Shown here: positions 48,664-58,746 of the stretch, piece by piece
How the letters are laid out: each line of letters opens with the position of its first letter
How positions within the stretch are numbered: position 1 is the stretch's first letter
NCBI GenBank assembly: GCA_963663165.1
Contig: OY760175.1
Coordinates: 4,416,001 to 4,480,000 of the forward strand
Direction of reading: 5' to 3'
Length of the DNA: 64,000 nt
Source of the DNA: an uncultured Desulfospira sp.
GTDB lineage: Bacteria; Desulfobacterota; Desulfobacteria; Desulfobacterales; Desulfobacteraceae
Program-made: the position numbers and the translations under genes
The notes under the pieces: generated by a model
Seen by the model: only the letters and a program-made list of their open reading frames with translations
Told to the model about the DNA's origin: nothing
The model's database searches: none

Positions 48664-51658
48664 GCGTTAACGGCGGCCGGTTTTCCTTTTCAAGGGCCTG
48701 ATTGGCGTCTTCAAGGCGTTCCTTGCTGGAAATCACACAAACGCCTTTTTCTTTGTCATCAATATTAAAATAATTTTGGGCAATCTGCTGGATTTTCTGT
48801 TTGTCCAGCCTGAGCAGCTCATCCTTGAAATGTTTACGGATCTCGTCGGACAATTGGGTGATATCCCGGTAAAATGCCTTCATGGCGGCAGGCCCCGGGG
48901 TTTCAGGTTTGTCAATGTCCGAACAGACCTGGAGAATGGCCTCTTTAACATCGGTGGGGGTATATTCCCCCTTCATGATAAAGTCACAGGCGCTTTTATA
49001 AACATCCAGGGTCTGCTTGATATGGGGGTCCCGGTAGGACCCAAAGGAAAAAACTCCCTCTTCGGTGTTGTACATGGCAAACCCGCCGTAAGCCCCGCCT
49101 TTTTCCCTGATTTCCCGGTGAAGGTATAAGGAACGCAGCAGCTTGCTGATTACCGAAAGGCCGGGAGAATCGTCATGGGTGATCTTCACGGCCTTAAATG
49201 ACTGGCCTACGAAGGAGACGGCGGTATTGGTATACCACCCCTCATTGGGCAGGCGGGTGTCGTTGGAGATATCCGGGGTATGAAACGCCGGCTTGGTGGT
49301 ATTGGGAAGCCCTTGGTAAATCCGGTCTATATTCTTTTCTGAGGCCAGAATGGATTGGCCCGAGCCCACCAGGGCCGGTTTAAAATTGCCTTTCCGGAAC
49401 AGGGCCTGGGCAATCCGGGTAAAATCGGATTCAAGGGAATCCAGGGTTTTGGGCTTTTCAATTTTTGCAATGATATCCTGGATGGCCTTGTACTGGGCAA
49501 TGCCATGCCAGAGTTCATTAATGTAGGCCGCTTTGGACAGATGGCGGGCCGAAAGGGACACGGCATACCGGTGGCCGGTGGACACAATAGACGCCTGAAT
49601 GCCGGCCTGATATTGGAGAAGCAGGCTTTTAATCCGATCATGGTCCTTGAACCCATACCCGTGGACAAACTCCCGAATCAGTTCAAACAGTTTATCCACA
49701 TTCCGGTCCAGGGCCTTCCCCTGAAGGGCCAGAAAAGAATGAAATCCGCCCTGCTCACTGAAATAGGTGCCGGAAAACGGGGACATGGTAATGCCGCCGG
49801 TATAAAGGTCCATGTCTTCGGCCATTTTTTCATAGCCATATTGCTGGGTGCCGCAGTTGGTAAACACCCGGCTGAAAAAAGGCACCAGGGGGAACAGGGA
49901 AGGCTCAATCAGCCCTGCCCCCACAGGACAGGTAAAATAAAGAATCCCCGACGTCGGCTTATTGTACGCCGCTGACAGGCAAACGCCATCCATGCGGTCC
50001 GGCCGGATCATTTCAATTTCCGGCGGCACATCGGACAGTTCCAGGGTGGGCAGGACCGTGACATCCTCTTCCTGTTCCTGGAGAGCTTCCAACGCCTTGC
50101 TCTGGGCTTTGATCTGCTCAATGTCCTCAGGGGTCAGTTCCTTGAGTTTGGCCGCCAATTCGGCTTTTATCCGGTTAAGTTCCCTGTTTTCAAGATCAGG
50201 GTCGGGTTCCAGGGTGAACAGCAGCCGGTGGGGGTTGTCAATAAAATAGGCTTTGATCTTGTTTTCAAGGAACGGGCCCTGGTCTGTCAGGGTTTTGAGC
50301 CGCTTTATATCATCGTCAATGTTAATGCAGGCCACCGGGTCGCCGCCGTGGATCATGGTTCCGGCAAAGGTCAGCAGCAGCTTGATGCCGAAAGGATAGG
50401 GCGTATTGGTGATTTCCTTTCTGTGGAATTCAATCTGATGGATGGCCGATTCGATAAGCCGCTTATCAATCCCGTTGTCAACAAGGTCATTTAAGGTTGA
50501 AAAGATGATGTCTTCCACTTTTTTGACCGAGTCTTTGGTGATGTCCTTGAGGCCGCATGAAAACATGGTGTCCCGGTTATCCGAATCAAACCCGGAAGAG
50601 TCTGACAGGGCAGACCCCAGTTTTGAATCAATCAGGGCTTTTCGCAATGGGGAGGCCGAGTTGCCCAGAAGAATCTGCTCTAAGACGGCCAGGACCAGAA
50701 TTTCAAATGAATCGCGTATGTCGCAGGTCAGCCAGGCCACACAGCCTTGATATTTTTTGTCGATTTCCTCCAGGTCTGAAAAGGGATAGGCCTGGGTTCT
50801 GGTCCTGGGGGCATCCCAGCGGGGCTGGGGGGCCACCGCTGAATCCACCTCAAGAAAATCAAACCGGTCCAGTGCCTTTTGGGAAATAAATTCAAGGGTG
50901 TCTTGAAGGGGCAGGTTGCCGTAAGTATAAAAAAAAGAATTTGAGGGATGATAGTATTCGGCGTGGAAATCTTTCAACCCCTGCCAGGTCAGGTTTGGGA
51001 TGTCCGAAGGCTCGCCGCCGGAGTTGTTGCTGTAGGTGGTGTCCGGGTATAGCCCGGCCATAAGGGACCGGCCCAGGACCTGGCCCGGAGATGACATGGC
51101 CCCTTTCATCTCGTTATAAACCACCCCTTTGTACTCAAGCTCAGCAGAATCGTCTTCACCGGGGACAATGTCCAGCCGGTGGCCTTCCTGCCTGAAACTG
51201 AGTTCATCAATATTGGGAAAAAACGCGGCGTCCAGATAGACCTCCATGAGGTTGTAGTAATCCTTGCGGTTCTGGGAGGAAAACGGATACATGGTCCAGT
51301 CTGACGCGGTAAATGCATTCATGAACGTGGACAGGCTGCGCTTGATCATGGAAAAGAACGGATCCCTGACCTTGAATTTCTCAGACCCGCACAGGACCGT
51401 ATGCTCAAGAATGTGGGCCACGCCCGTGGAATCTTTGGGCACGGTTCTGAAAAATACGCCAAAGGTGTTTTCTTTGTCCTTGTTGGCAATATGAATATGA
51501 GTGGCTTTGGTTTGTTCATGAACCAGAAGAATCAGTTCCGAGCCGATGGCCGGCAGGGATTCGGTTTTAATGACCTGGTACCCTTTGATTTTCTGGCCTG
51601 TTGTTAACGACTGGATGCCGGTGGTATGGTTTTCCATTGATTTTGTTTTGTACCTCAT
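48650..51658 (-). CDS. M16C (presequence protease-like) metallopeptidase
   Basis: GVAHILEH.VLCGS, MNAFT..D.T.YP, GVVYNEMKG and IREKGGAYGG. Confidence 0.93.
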   Translation of the reverse strand: MRYKTKSMENHTTGIQSLTTGQKIKGYQVIKTESLPAIGSELILLVHEQTKATHIHIANKDKENTFGVFFRTVPKDSTGVAHILEHTVLCGSEKFKVRDPFFSMIKRSLSTFMNAFTASDWTMYPFSSQNRKDYYNLMEVYLDAAFFPNIDELSFRQEGHRLDIVPGEDDSAELEYKGVVYNEMKGAMSSPGQVLGRSLMAGLYPDTTYSNNSGGEPSDIPNLTWQGLKDFHAEYYHPSNSFFYTYGNLPLQDTLEFISQKALDRFDFLEVDSAVAPQPRWDAPRTRTQAYPFSDLEEIDKKYQGCVAWLTCDIRDSFEILVLAVLEQILLGNSASPLRKALIDSKLGSALSDSSGFDSDNRDTMFSCGLKDITKDSVKKVEDIIFSTLNDLVDNGIDKRLIESAIHQIEFHRKEITNTPYPFGIKLLLTFAGTMIHGGDPVACINIDDDIKRLKTLTDQGPFLENKIKAYFIDNPHRLLFTLEPDPDLENRELNRIKAELAAKLKELTPEDIEQIKAQSKALEALQEQEEDVTVLPTLELSDVPPEIEMIRPDRMDGVCLSAAYNKPTSGILYFTCPVGAGLIEPSLFPLVPFFSRVFTNCGTQQYGYEKMAEDMDLYTGGITMSPFSGTYFSEQGGFHSFLALQGKALDRNVDKLFELIREFVHGYGFKDHDRIKSLLLQYQAGIQASIVSTGHRYAVSLSARHLSKAAYINELWHGIAQYKAIQDIIAKIEKPKTLDSLESDFTRIAQALFRKGNFKPALVGSGQSILASEKNIDRIYQGLPNTTKPAFHTPDISNDTRLPNEGWYTNTAVSFVGQSFKAVKITHDDSPGLSVISKLLRSLYLHREIREKGGAYGGFAMYNTEEGVFSFGSYRDPHIKQTLDVYKSACDFIMKGEYTPTDVKEAILQVCSDIDKPETPGPAAMKAFYRDITQLSDEIRKHFKDELLRLDKQKIQQIAQNYFNIDDKEKGVCVISSKERLEDANQALEKENRPPLTLNKI

Positions 51659-51750
51659 GGGCAGTCCTCAGGTTCAATCAGGGGACCTGCCGGAACCATA
51701 AATAAAACATAATCCCGGGGTGTAAGCCGGGAACTTTTAAAAATCAGGCC

Positions 51751-52113
51751 TTAGATTTTTTTATAAATGCCCCGCCTGACTTTTTCGATTTTTCCTATTT
51801 TATCGAGCCTGAAAATAATATTCCTTAATTTTTTGTCATCATACCCTGTGGCGGCTTTGATGGTCTTAAAATTGGTGCCGTCAGTGTAATTTGAAATGAC
51901 TTCCAGCACGATGGCAGAAGCACTTTTCTTTTTGGCCGTTTTCTGCATGGGCTCTTTTTTCGTTCCGAGCGGCTTTTGGTATATCAGTTGTTCTAACCGG
52001 TCAAGCCTGTGGTGCAGATCCTGGATGTCGCCTTTGGTGGGGATGTCCAGACGATGAAAAAGTACTTTTACAAATCCTTCCCAGCTGGTTCCGATTTCTT
52101 CATTTGTTTCCAT
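51751..52113 (-). CDS. Hypothetical protein: phasin-like coiled segment + probable winged HTH
   Basis: LDIPTK.DIQDL..RLDRLE followed by I...TG....KLRNIIFRL.K.GKI.KVRRGIY. Confidence 0.6.
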   Translation of the reverse strand: METNEEIGTSWEGFVKVLFHRLDIPTKGDIQDLHHRLDRLEQLIYQKPLGTKKEPMQKTAKKKSASAIVLEVISNYTDGTNFKTIKAATGYDDKKLRNIIFRLDKIGKIEKVRRGIYKKI

Positions 52114-52362
52114 ATCAATCTCCTTTCCCGGGTTGCCTTTGGCCCGAAAGATGTTGCCCTATTCCGCTATTTATGTTGAATACTTCGGTTTATTGAAGTA
52201 TAGAATAGGGTCTGTAAGAATTAATTGTCTACGGCAATAATATAAAATTACTTTGTTAACTAGGAAAAGTCAAATATTATATTTCAAGGAAAGAAAGTAA
52301 TCCCTTTGCGGGGAGTTTGAGGGGAATGCACCCTTAACTCTCTGGTAAATCAGGTGGATAGA

Positions 52363-53241
52363 ATGACCCATCCAGGACAGATACTCAAACGTGAAAAACT
52401 CTATGCCGGAAAGGAAATGGGGCAGAATTTCCTTTCAGACCCGGCCACGGCTCAAATGATAGTAGACCGGACAGGGATCACAAAAGATACAAGAGTCTTG
52501 GAGATCGGCCCGGGATTGGGGGCTTTGACCGTGCATATCGCAGCTGTATCCGATTGGGTGACCGTGGTTGAAAAAGACCGGCGCCTGGTCCCATTGCTTG
52601 CCCGGGAACTTGAAGACAGGCAGATTTCTCATGTCCATATTTTAAATCAGGACATTCTTAAGACAGATATACCGGGGTTGGCCAAAGGCGGCCATTTGAC
52701 CGTTATTGGGAACCTGCCCTATAATATTTCTTCCCAGATTCTGTTCGGGCTTGTGAAAAACAGGCAGGTTGTGGACAAGGCCTTTTTAATGTTTCAAAAG
52801 GAGCTGGCCCTTAGGATTGTGGCTGATCCCGGCAGTAAAGATTTTTCCAGGCTTTCTGCCGTGGCCGGGTATGCGGCCAGAATCCGTTTTCTAGCCCATG
52901 TGGGCCCGGCGTCATTTTTCCCTAGACCGGATGTGGATTCAACGGTTTTGGAGTTTGATTTCATAAAAGACACAGGGCTCGAAGGGGGTAAGGAAGATCT
53001 GCTATTTTCAGTGATCAAGGCCGCGTTTTCACAGCGCAGAAAGTCGTTGAAGAATTCCCTGGCCGGAAAAGAGATCGGGCTGGATAAGGCCCAATCTATC
53101 CAGGCCCTGGAACTGGCCGGCATTGACCCCCAAAGACGGGCAGAAACCCTGTGCGTGGCAGAATTTATCAGCCTGACCCGGGCCGTCTGGGATGTGTGTA
53201 AAAAAATGGATTATAATAAAAATCAACTTAATATAATGTGA
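52363..53241 (+). CDS. rsmA: 16S rRNA dimethyladenosine transferase
   Basis: GQNFL, LEIGPGLGALT, GNLPYNIS, MFQKE, F.P.PDVDS and AFSQRRK.L.N. Confidence 0.96.
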   Translation: MTHPGQILKREKLYAGKEMGQNFLSDPATAQMIVDRTGITKDTRVLEIGPGLGALTVHIAAVSDWVTVVEKDRRLVPLLARELEDRQISHVHILNQDILKTDIPGLAKGGHLTVIGNLPYNISSQILFGLVKNRQVVDKAFLMFQKELALRIVADPGSKDFSRLSAVAGYAARIRFLAHVGPASFFPRPDVDSTVLEFDFIKDTGLEGGKEDLLFSVIKAAFSQRRKSLKNSLAGKEIGLDKAQSIQALELAGIDPQRRAETLCVAEFISLTRAVWDVCKKMDYNKNQLNIM

Positions 53242-53252
53242 AAGGATAAACC

Positions 53253-54482
53253 ATGATCCGAGCCAACGAAAATTATCAAAAATTAAAAGCGTCCTATCTC
53301 TTTTCCGATATTGCCAAAAGAGTAGAGGAATTTCAGAACAGCCATCCGGATACCCGGATTATCCGGTTGGGTATCGGTGATGTGACCCGGGCCCTTCCCG
53401 ATGCGGTGATCAAAGGCTTTCATGAGGGCGTGGATGAAATGGCCCATGACGCCACCTTCAAGGGGTACGGCCCGGAACAGGGATATGCATTTTTAAGGGA
53501 AAAAATTGCGGCCCATGATTTTCAGGCCAAGGGCGCGGATGTTCATCCGGAGGAAATTTTTGTCAGCGATGGGGCCAAATGCGATACCGGCAATTTCCAG
53601 GAGCTGTTTGCCACGGATATTACCATTGCCATCCCGGACCCGGTTTATCCGGTATACCTGGACACCAATGTCATGGCCGGACGGACCGGCGGATTTGAAA
53701 ACGGCCGGTACGGGTCTGTGGTGTATATGGATTGCCTTAAAGAAAATAAGTTTCTTCCCCTCCTGCCCGACCAGAACGTGGACCTGATCTATCTTTGTTT
53801 TCCCAACAATCCCACGGGTGCGACCGCCACAACATCGGACTTAAAGGAATGGGTGGATTATGCCATAAAAAATAAGGCCCTGATTCTGTTTGACGCGGCC
53901 TATGAGTCCTTTATCCGGGACGATTCCCTGCCAAAGTCTATTTATGAAATTGAGGGCGCAAGGCAGGTGGCCGTCGAATTCCGCAGTTTTTCCAAAACCG
54001 CCGGGTTTACCGGGACAAGGTGCGGTTTCACCGTGGTCCCCAAAGAGTGCATGGTATACACCAGCCAGGGGGAAAGCGTTTCATTGCATGGGCTGTGGAA
54101 CCGGCGTCAGAGCACCAAATTCAACGGGGTCTCCTATCCGGTTCAAAAAGCGGCTGAAGCCGCCTATTCTCCAGAGGGTCAGGCCCAGATCAAGGAGTTT
54201 GTAGATTCTTATATGGCCAATGCCGATGTCATCAGAAAAACCATGGGGGCTCTGGGATTTGAATGCTATGGCGGCGACAATTCGCCTTATATCTGGATTG
54301 ACGGCCAGGGACGGGATTCCTGGGACTTCTTTGACCTGCTGCTCAACAAGGCCGGTGTGGTCTGTACGCCAGGCGGCGGATTTGGAAAATGCGGGGAACA
54401 GTACATCCGGATTTCTGCGTTTAACAGCCACGCGAATGTTGCTGAGGCTATGGAAAGGGTCAAAGCTGCTTTGAAGCCCTAA
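53253..54482 (+). CDS. dapL: LL-diaminopimelate aminotransferase
   Basis: [30 protein letters not shown] and [13 protein letters not shown]. Confidence 0.96.
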   Translation: MIRANENYQKLKASYLFSDIAKRVEEFQNSHPDTRIIRLGIGDVTRALPDAVIKGFHEGVDEMAHDATFKGYGPEQGYAFLREKIAAHDFQAKGADVHPEEIFVSDGAKCDTGNFQELFATDITIAIPDPVYPVYLDTNVMAGRTGGFENGRYGSVVYMDCLKENKFLPLLPDQNVDLIYLCFPNNPTGATATTSDLKEWVDYAIKNKALILFDAAYESFIRDDSLPKSIYEIEGARQVAVEFRSFSKTAGFTGTRCGFTVVPKECMVYTSQGESVSLHGLWNRRQSTKFNGVSYPVQKAAEAAYSPEGQAQIKEFVDSYMANADVIRKTMGALGFECYGGDNSPYIWIDGQGRDSWDFFDLLLNKAGVVCTPGGGFGKCGEQYIRISAFNSHANVAEAMERVKAALKP

Positions 54483-54587
54483 CATTATTTTAACTTTGGT
54501 TTAATCCTTAGGTAACCAAGTTTCTTTACCATGGTCTTCGTCAAAACCGAATGTCGATTCCAATGAACAATTAAAGTTGGAGGCCGT

Positions 54588-55001
54588 ATGACCATGGAGA
54601 CCATGTATATCCCGTCCCCGGAAGAACCGTATATGAATGCAAGGCAGATCGCCTATTTCAGGGACAAGCTGGCAGCTCATAAAATTGCGCTGACCGGGAA
54701 AATCGAAACCACATTGAACAAGATTAAAACCCTGAAGACGGTCCAGGCCGATATCCTGGACAGAAGTAATTCCATGATCAGCCTTGAGGCTGAAGTCTGT
54801 GCTTTTGAACGGTATATCGGGCAGGTTAAACAAATTGAAAAAGCGCTTGAGCGGATAGAAAGCGGTGATTTTGGATACTGTGAGCTGACCGGTGAGGAAA
54901 TTGGCTTAAAGCGTCTGGAAGTCATGCCCTTTGCAACCATGTCCATCAAAGCCCTGGAAAATCTGGAAGCCGAATCCCGGCAGAGAGCTTACCTGGCATA
55001 A
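54588..55001 (+). CDS. dksA: DksA/TraR family protein lacking three of four Zn cysteines
   Basis: YMN..Q..YF, D..D tip, AL.RI..G.FGYCE.TGEEIG.KRL...P.AT.SI.A. Confidence 0.85.
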   Translation: MTMETMYIPSPEEPYMNARQIAYFRDKLAAHKIALTGKIETTLNKIKTLKTVQADILDRSNSMISLEAEVCAFERYIGQVKQIEKALERIESGDFGYCELTGEEIGLKRLEVMPFATMSIKALENLEAESRQRAYLA

Positions 55002-55050
55002 AAACAGCGGGCCGCCAAGCCATATACCAAGTTTATTTATCAACCAGTTT

Positions 55051-55092
55051 AAATTAAAAAAGGACAGCAAAAATGCTGTCCTTTTTTAATTT
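55051..55092. terminator. Bidirectional intrinsic terminator
   Basis: AAATTAAAAAAGGACAGCA-aaaa-TGCTGTCCTTTTTTAATTT between convergent genes. Confidence 0.9.
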
Positions 55093-55129
55093 ATTTCTGC
55101 GGTTTAAAACCGCTGTGCTCTATATTCTG

Positions 55130-56299
55130 TTAGTAAGGATGAATCTCAACCCTTCTGTTCAGGGAGCGTCCAAACTTGGTTTCATTGAGGGCAACGGGTT
55201 TTGAGAAACCAAAGCCTGTGGTGGCCAGCCGGTTTCTGGCAACGCCTTTGTCAACCATATAAGCGGCTACAGCGTTTGCCCGTCTCAGCGAAAGGCCCTG
55301 GTTGTATTTTTCAGGGCCGATATTATCGGTGTGACCCTGGAGTTCCACGCTCATGGCAGGATTCTCTTTCAGGATTTTAACCACCGCATCCAGCTGGGGT
55401 AATGCTTCGGCTTTAATTACGGCCTTGTCAAAGTCAAACAGGACGTTGTCAAGGAACCAGCAGCCAACAGCGTTAACTTTTGCACCTCTGGGAGTTCCGG
55501 GGCATTTGTCTTCATCATCATAGACGCCGTCACCGTCAGAATCTTTTCTGCCCTCGGTGGTCACAACGGGTTTGGGTGCTGGCGGCGCAGGGGCATCTTT
55601 TTCTTCAAGGAAAACGTCTGTTACAAATGCTGTCATCCCGGCAGCTGTCAGGACTTCATCTGCAGTCAGGGATTTGCCGCAGCCGCCGATTTTGGCAACT
55701 TCTTCAAGCAGGGCCTGACCTTCAGCGCTCTCACCAACCTGGATTGTATAGATGCACAGGGTGTCGCCATATTTGTCTTTAAGGGCCTGGGCTTTGGAGG
55801 CAGACGCTTTCATCTGAAGGCCATCTGAAATAATGATGACAACATTTCTGCTTCCGCTTAATCCTTCAAAATCAGCTATGGTGGCTTTTAAGGCACCGCT
55901 GAGAGGGCTGTTCCCGCCAGGTTTGGAAATAGGGCCAAGTTTGGCACCCAGGTCTGCGGTGGCATATGGCGCCATGCCGTAGAAAAGGTTGGTGTCTTTC
56001 TTGCAGACAGCCGGATGGTGACCGAAAGATCTTAAACCGGCGGTTTGTCCCATCTCAGGAATGGTCAGGTTCATCCGGTTGGCCACGGCTTTGGCAACGT
56101 CGAACTTGGCATTGGTTTCCATGGAGCTGGAAGCATCAAGGATAATCAGGAAATTATCCACCTTTGAAACGTAATTGTCCGTATCAATGGTCTGGGCTGA
56201 AAAGGACGGCAGATTGGCCGGCTGCTGGGCCGCGCATCCAAAGAAAAACAGCAGTGCAAATAGGGACAAAAGGGTCTGAACTACAAACTTCTTTTTCAT
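55130..56299 (-). CDS. Lipoprotein with vWA domain, Asp-rich Ca-binding repeat and OmpA C-terminal domain
   Basis: Lipobox FFGC, MIDAS DASSS...SDG, DSDGDGV.D..DKCP, GHTD..G....N..LS.RRA and NRRVE. Confidence 0.92.
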   Translation of the reverse strand: MKKKFVVQTLLSLFALLFFFGCAAQQPANLPSFSAQTIDTDNYVSKVDNFLIILDASSSMETNAKFDVAKAVANRMNLTIPEMGQTAGLRSFGHHPAVCKKDTNLFYGMAPYATADLGAKLGPISKPGGNSPLSGALKATIADFEGLSGSRNVVIIISDGLQMKASASKAQALKDKYGDTLCIYTIQVGESAEGQALLEEVAKIGGCGKSLTADEVLTAAGMTAFVTDVFLEEKDAPAPPAPKPVVTTEGRKDSDGDGVYDDEDKCPGTPRGAKVNAVGCWFLDNVLFDFDKAVIKAEALPQLDAVVKILKENPAMSVELQGHTDNIGPEKYNQGLSLRRANAVAAYMVDKGVARNRLATTGFGFSKPVALNETKFGRSLNRRVEIHPY

Positions 56300-56443
56300 G
56301 TTTCACCTCATTAAAAATTTAGCATTTTCGGTCTAAAAAACCGTATATACTGTGCATTTGAATTGCAAAATACCTTAATTTTTATACAGGAATAAATGGT
56401 AGAAATCAACTCTCTTTTGATAAGTGTCTTTTTTTTCATTGTT

Positions 56444-57718
56444 TTATTTAGCTAATTCCTGCTTTATGGCCACGGCCAGTTTGCGAATGGTAAACGGTTT
56501 CTTAATATACTGCCCGGCCCCGAGTTCCAGGGCTTTTCTAACCCTTTCATTTTCCGCATATCCGCTGGCAATGATCGCTTTCTGTCCGGGGTTGATTTCA
56601 AGGGCCCCTTCAAAGGTTTCCAATCCGTCGATTCCCCGGTCCATTTTCATGTCCAGGAGTAAAAGGTCCATGGGATTCTTTTCTAGGAAAGCCAGGGCAT
56701 TTTTTCCTCCATTGGCAGAAAAAGGGGAATACCCCAGCATCTCAAGGACTCCCTTGGCAATTTTTCTTTGCTCTTTGATGTCATCAATGACCAGTATTTT
56801 TTCCTGGTTTCCCCTGAAATCCTCAATCCGGATATCCTCGGGCACGTATCCGGATTTGTTCCGGGTGGCCGGGAAATAGAGGTCGAAAACCGTTCCCTGA
56901 TCTTTCTGGCTGGTTACGTCGATATAGCCGTTATGGTCCTTTACCGTATTCCAGACCACGGACAGCCCAAGTCCGGACCCGCTTCTTCCCATCTTCTTTT
57001 TGGTATAAAAGGGTTCAAATATCCGTTCAAGATCCGGTTTGGATATGCCCTGCCCGTCATCACTGACCCGGAGGATGACATATTCCCCCTCGCTAATCTG
57101 ATCACACCCGCAAACGGGCCGTTCAACATACCGGTTAAAGGTTTCTATGGTTACACACCCTGCAATGGCCACGGCCTCTGCCGCATTCATGACCAGATTC
57201 ATGACTATTTTGGAAATGTGGGCCCCGGAACCGTTGATGTCCATGAGGTCCGGTTCTGAGTCCGTCTTAAACAGCACATGGGGGTAATTTAGTTCCAGCT
57301 GCTGATGGGTCGGACTGTTTAAGTATTCATGGACCACATTATTCAAATTGATCACATCCCCTTTTTTGACCTTGCTCCGGGTCAGGGTCAACAGATCCTG
57401 TACAATGGCCGCAGCCTTTGTCCCTGAATCGTGGATGAATTTGATGGGGTCGACAAGGGGACTGTCTTTTTCTAATTGATGAAGCAGAACTTCAGGGTAG
57501 GAAACCAGGCCTGAAAGAATATTATTCAAGTCATGGGCCACCTCACCGGCCATGATGCCGATCAGTTCCATTCTCTCAGACCGCTTGAGCTTCGTTTCCA
57601 GATTTTCTATTTTTTCAGTTAAAATCCGGATTTGTTCCGCCATGTCCGAAGGCCGGTCAACAGCGTTGTCAACTGCCTGGTCTTCGGCGATCTGTTTTTC
57701 GGAATAATTTTCCATCAT
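56444..57718 (-). CDS. Cytoplasmic hybrid histidine kinase (HisKA-HATPase-REC)
   Basis: VAHDLNNIL, NLV.NA.EA, FEPFYT.K, GSGLGL and receiver LVIDD...LLLD...KP. Start uncertain. Confidence 0.9.
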   Translation of the reverse strand: MMENYSEKQIAEDQAVDNAVDRPSDMAEQIRILTEKIENLETKLKRSERMELIGIMAGEVAHDLNNILSGLVSYPEVLLHQLEKDSPLVDPIKFIHDSGTKAAAIVQDLLTLTRSKVKKGDVINLNNVVHEYLNSPTHQQLELNYPHVLFKTDSEPDLMDINGSGAHISKIVMNLVMNAAEAVAIAGCVTIETFNRYVERPVCGCDQISEGEYVILRVSDDGQGISKPDLERIFEPFYTKKKMGRSGSGLGLSVVWNTVKDHNGYIDVTSQKDQGTVFDLYFPATRNKSGYVPEDIRIEDFRGNQEKILVIDDIKEQRKIAKGVLEMLGYSPFSANGGKNALAFLEKNPMDLLLLDMKMDRGIDGLETFEGALEINPGQKAIIASGYAENERVRKALELGAGQYIKKPFTIRKLAVAIKQELAK

Positions 57719-57899
57719 TTGGTTTCTTTTGGGGCTTGTAAATTCAGAATTCACTTTTTTAATAGCGTTTCATCGCCATCTGTTCAAGGTTTATTTTAAA
57801 ATGGTGCATAAAACTAAACAGATTCAAACTTGCAAATCACAGGTACACATTATATACGAAAGGCTGGCCCCGGCTCGTAATGGCAATTAACAAAGGAAA

Positions 57900-58736
57900 A
57901 TGTTTGAGATGGAAATATACCAGGGAATCATATTGGGAATTTTACAGGGACTCACCGAATTTCTGCCCGTGAGCAGTTCAGGGCATCTGGTCCTTGGCCA
58001 GCTTTATTTTGGAATCAAAGAATCGGTCCTGTCCTTTGACATCAGCGTTCATATGGGGACCCTGGCCGCGGTGCTGGTGGTTTATTTTTCAGATATCAAG
58101 GCCATATTGGCCTCAATGGCTTCCTGCCTTTCCCGGCGGATGCAGGGCCGGGCGGTCCGTCATTTGTTCAACGAGGACCCGAACCTGAAATTTGCCCTGA
58201 TGATCATTATCGGGTCCGTGCCCACGGCTTTGATCGGTCTTGTGATCAAAAAATTTGAACATCTGCTCTTTACTTCTTCTCTGGTGGTCGGGTTGATGCT
58301 GATCCTGACCGGATCTGTTTTATGGGCGTCCAGAAAATTTTACCAGCCCCGTGAATCCGGAGCCGGGCTTAACGTGAAACGGGCGGTATTGATCGGGATT
58401 ACTCAAGGCCTTGCCGTGATTCCGGGGATCTCCCGGTCGGGCAGCACCATCGCCGCAGGCATGTTTGCCGGGCTTGACCGGTCCCAGGCTGCCCGGTTTT
58501 CTTTTCTACTGTCCGTTCCGGCCATATTCGGGGCAGAACTCTTAAGTGTGAAAGAATCCTTAAAAAATGGCCTGGCTATTGATCCTGCAACGGTTTGTGG
58601 TACAATTGTATCGTTTTTGACCGGCCTTGCGGCTTTAAAATTACTATTAAAACTGGTTCATACAGGAAAGTTTCACCTGTTTGCCCCTTACTGTTGGCTG
58701 GCCGGGGCCCTTGCCCTGCTGTCCAACCTGATTTAA
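57900..58736 (+). CDS. uppP: Undecaprenyl-diphosphate phosphatase
   Basis: QGLTEFLPVSSSGH, PGISRSGST and ARFSFLL. Confidence 0.96.
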   Translation: MFEMEIYQGIILGILQGLTEFLPVSSSGHLVLGQLYFGIKESVLSFDISVHMGTLAAVLVVYFSDIKAILASMASCLSRRMQGRAVRHLFNEDPNLKFALMIIIGSVPTALIGLVIKKFEHLLFTSSLVVGLMLILTGSVLWASRKFYQPRESGAGLNVKRAVLIGITQGLAVIPGISRSGSTIAAGMFAGLDRSQAARFSFLLSVPAIFGAELLSVKESLKNGLAIDPATVCGTIVSFLTGLAALKLLLKLVHTGKFHLFAPYCWLAGALALLSNLI

Positions 58737-58746
58737 AGGAGGGATC

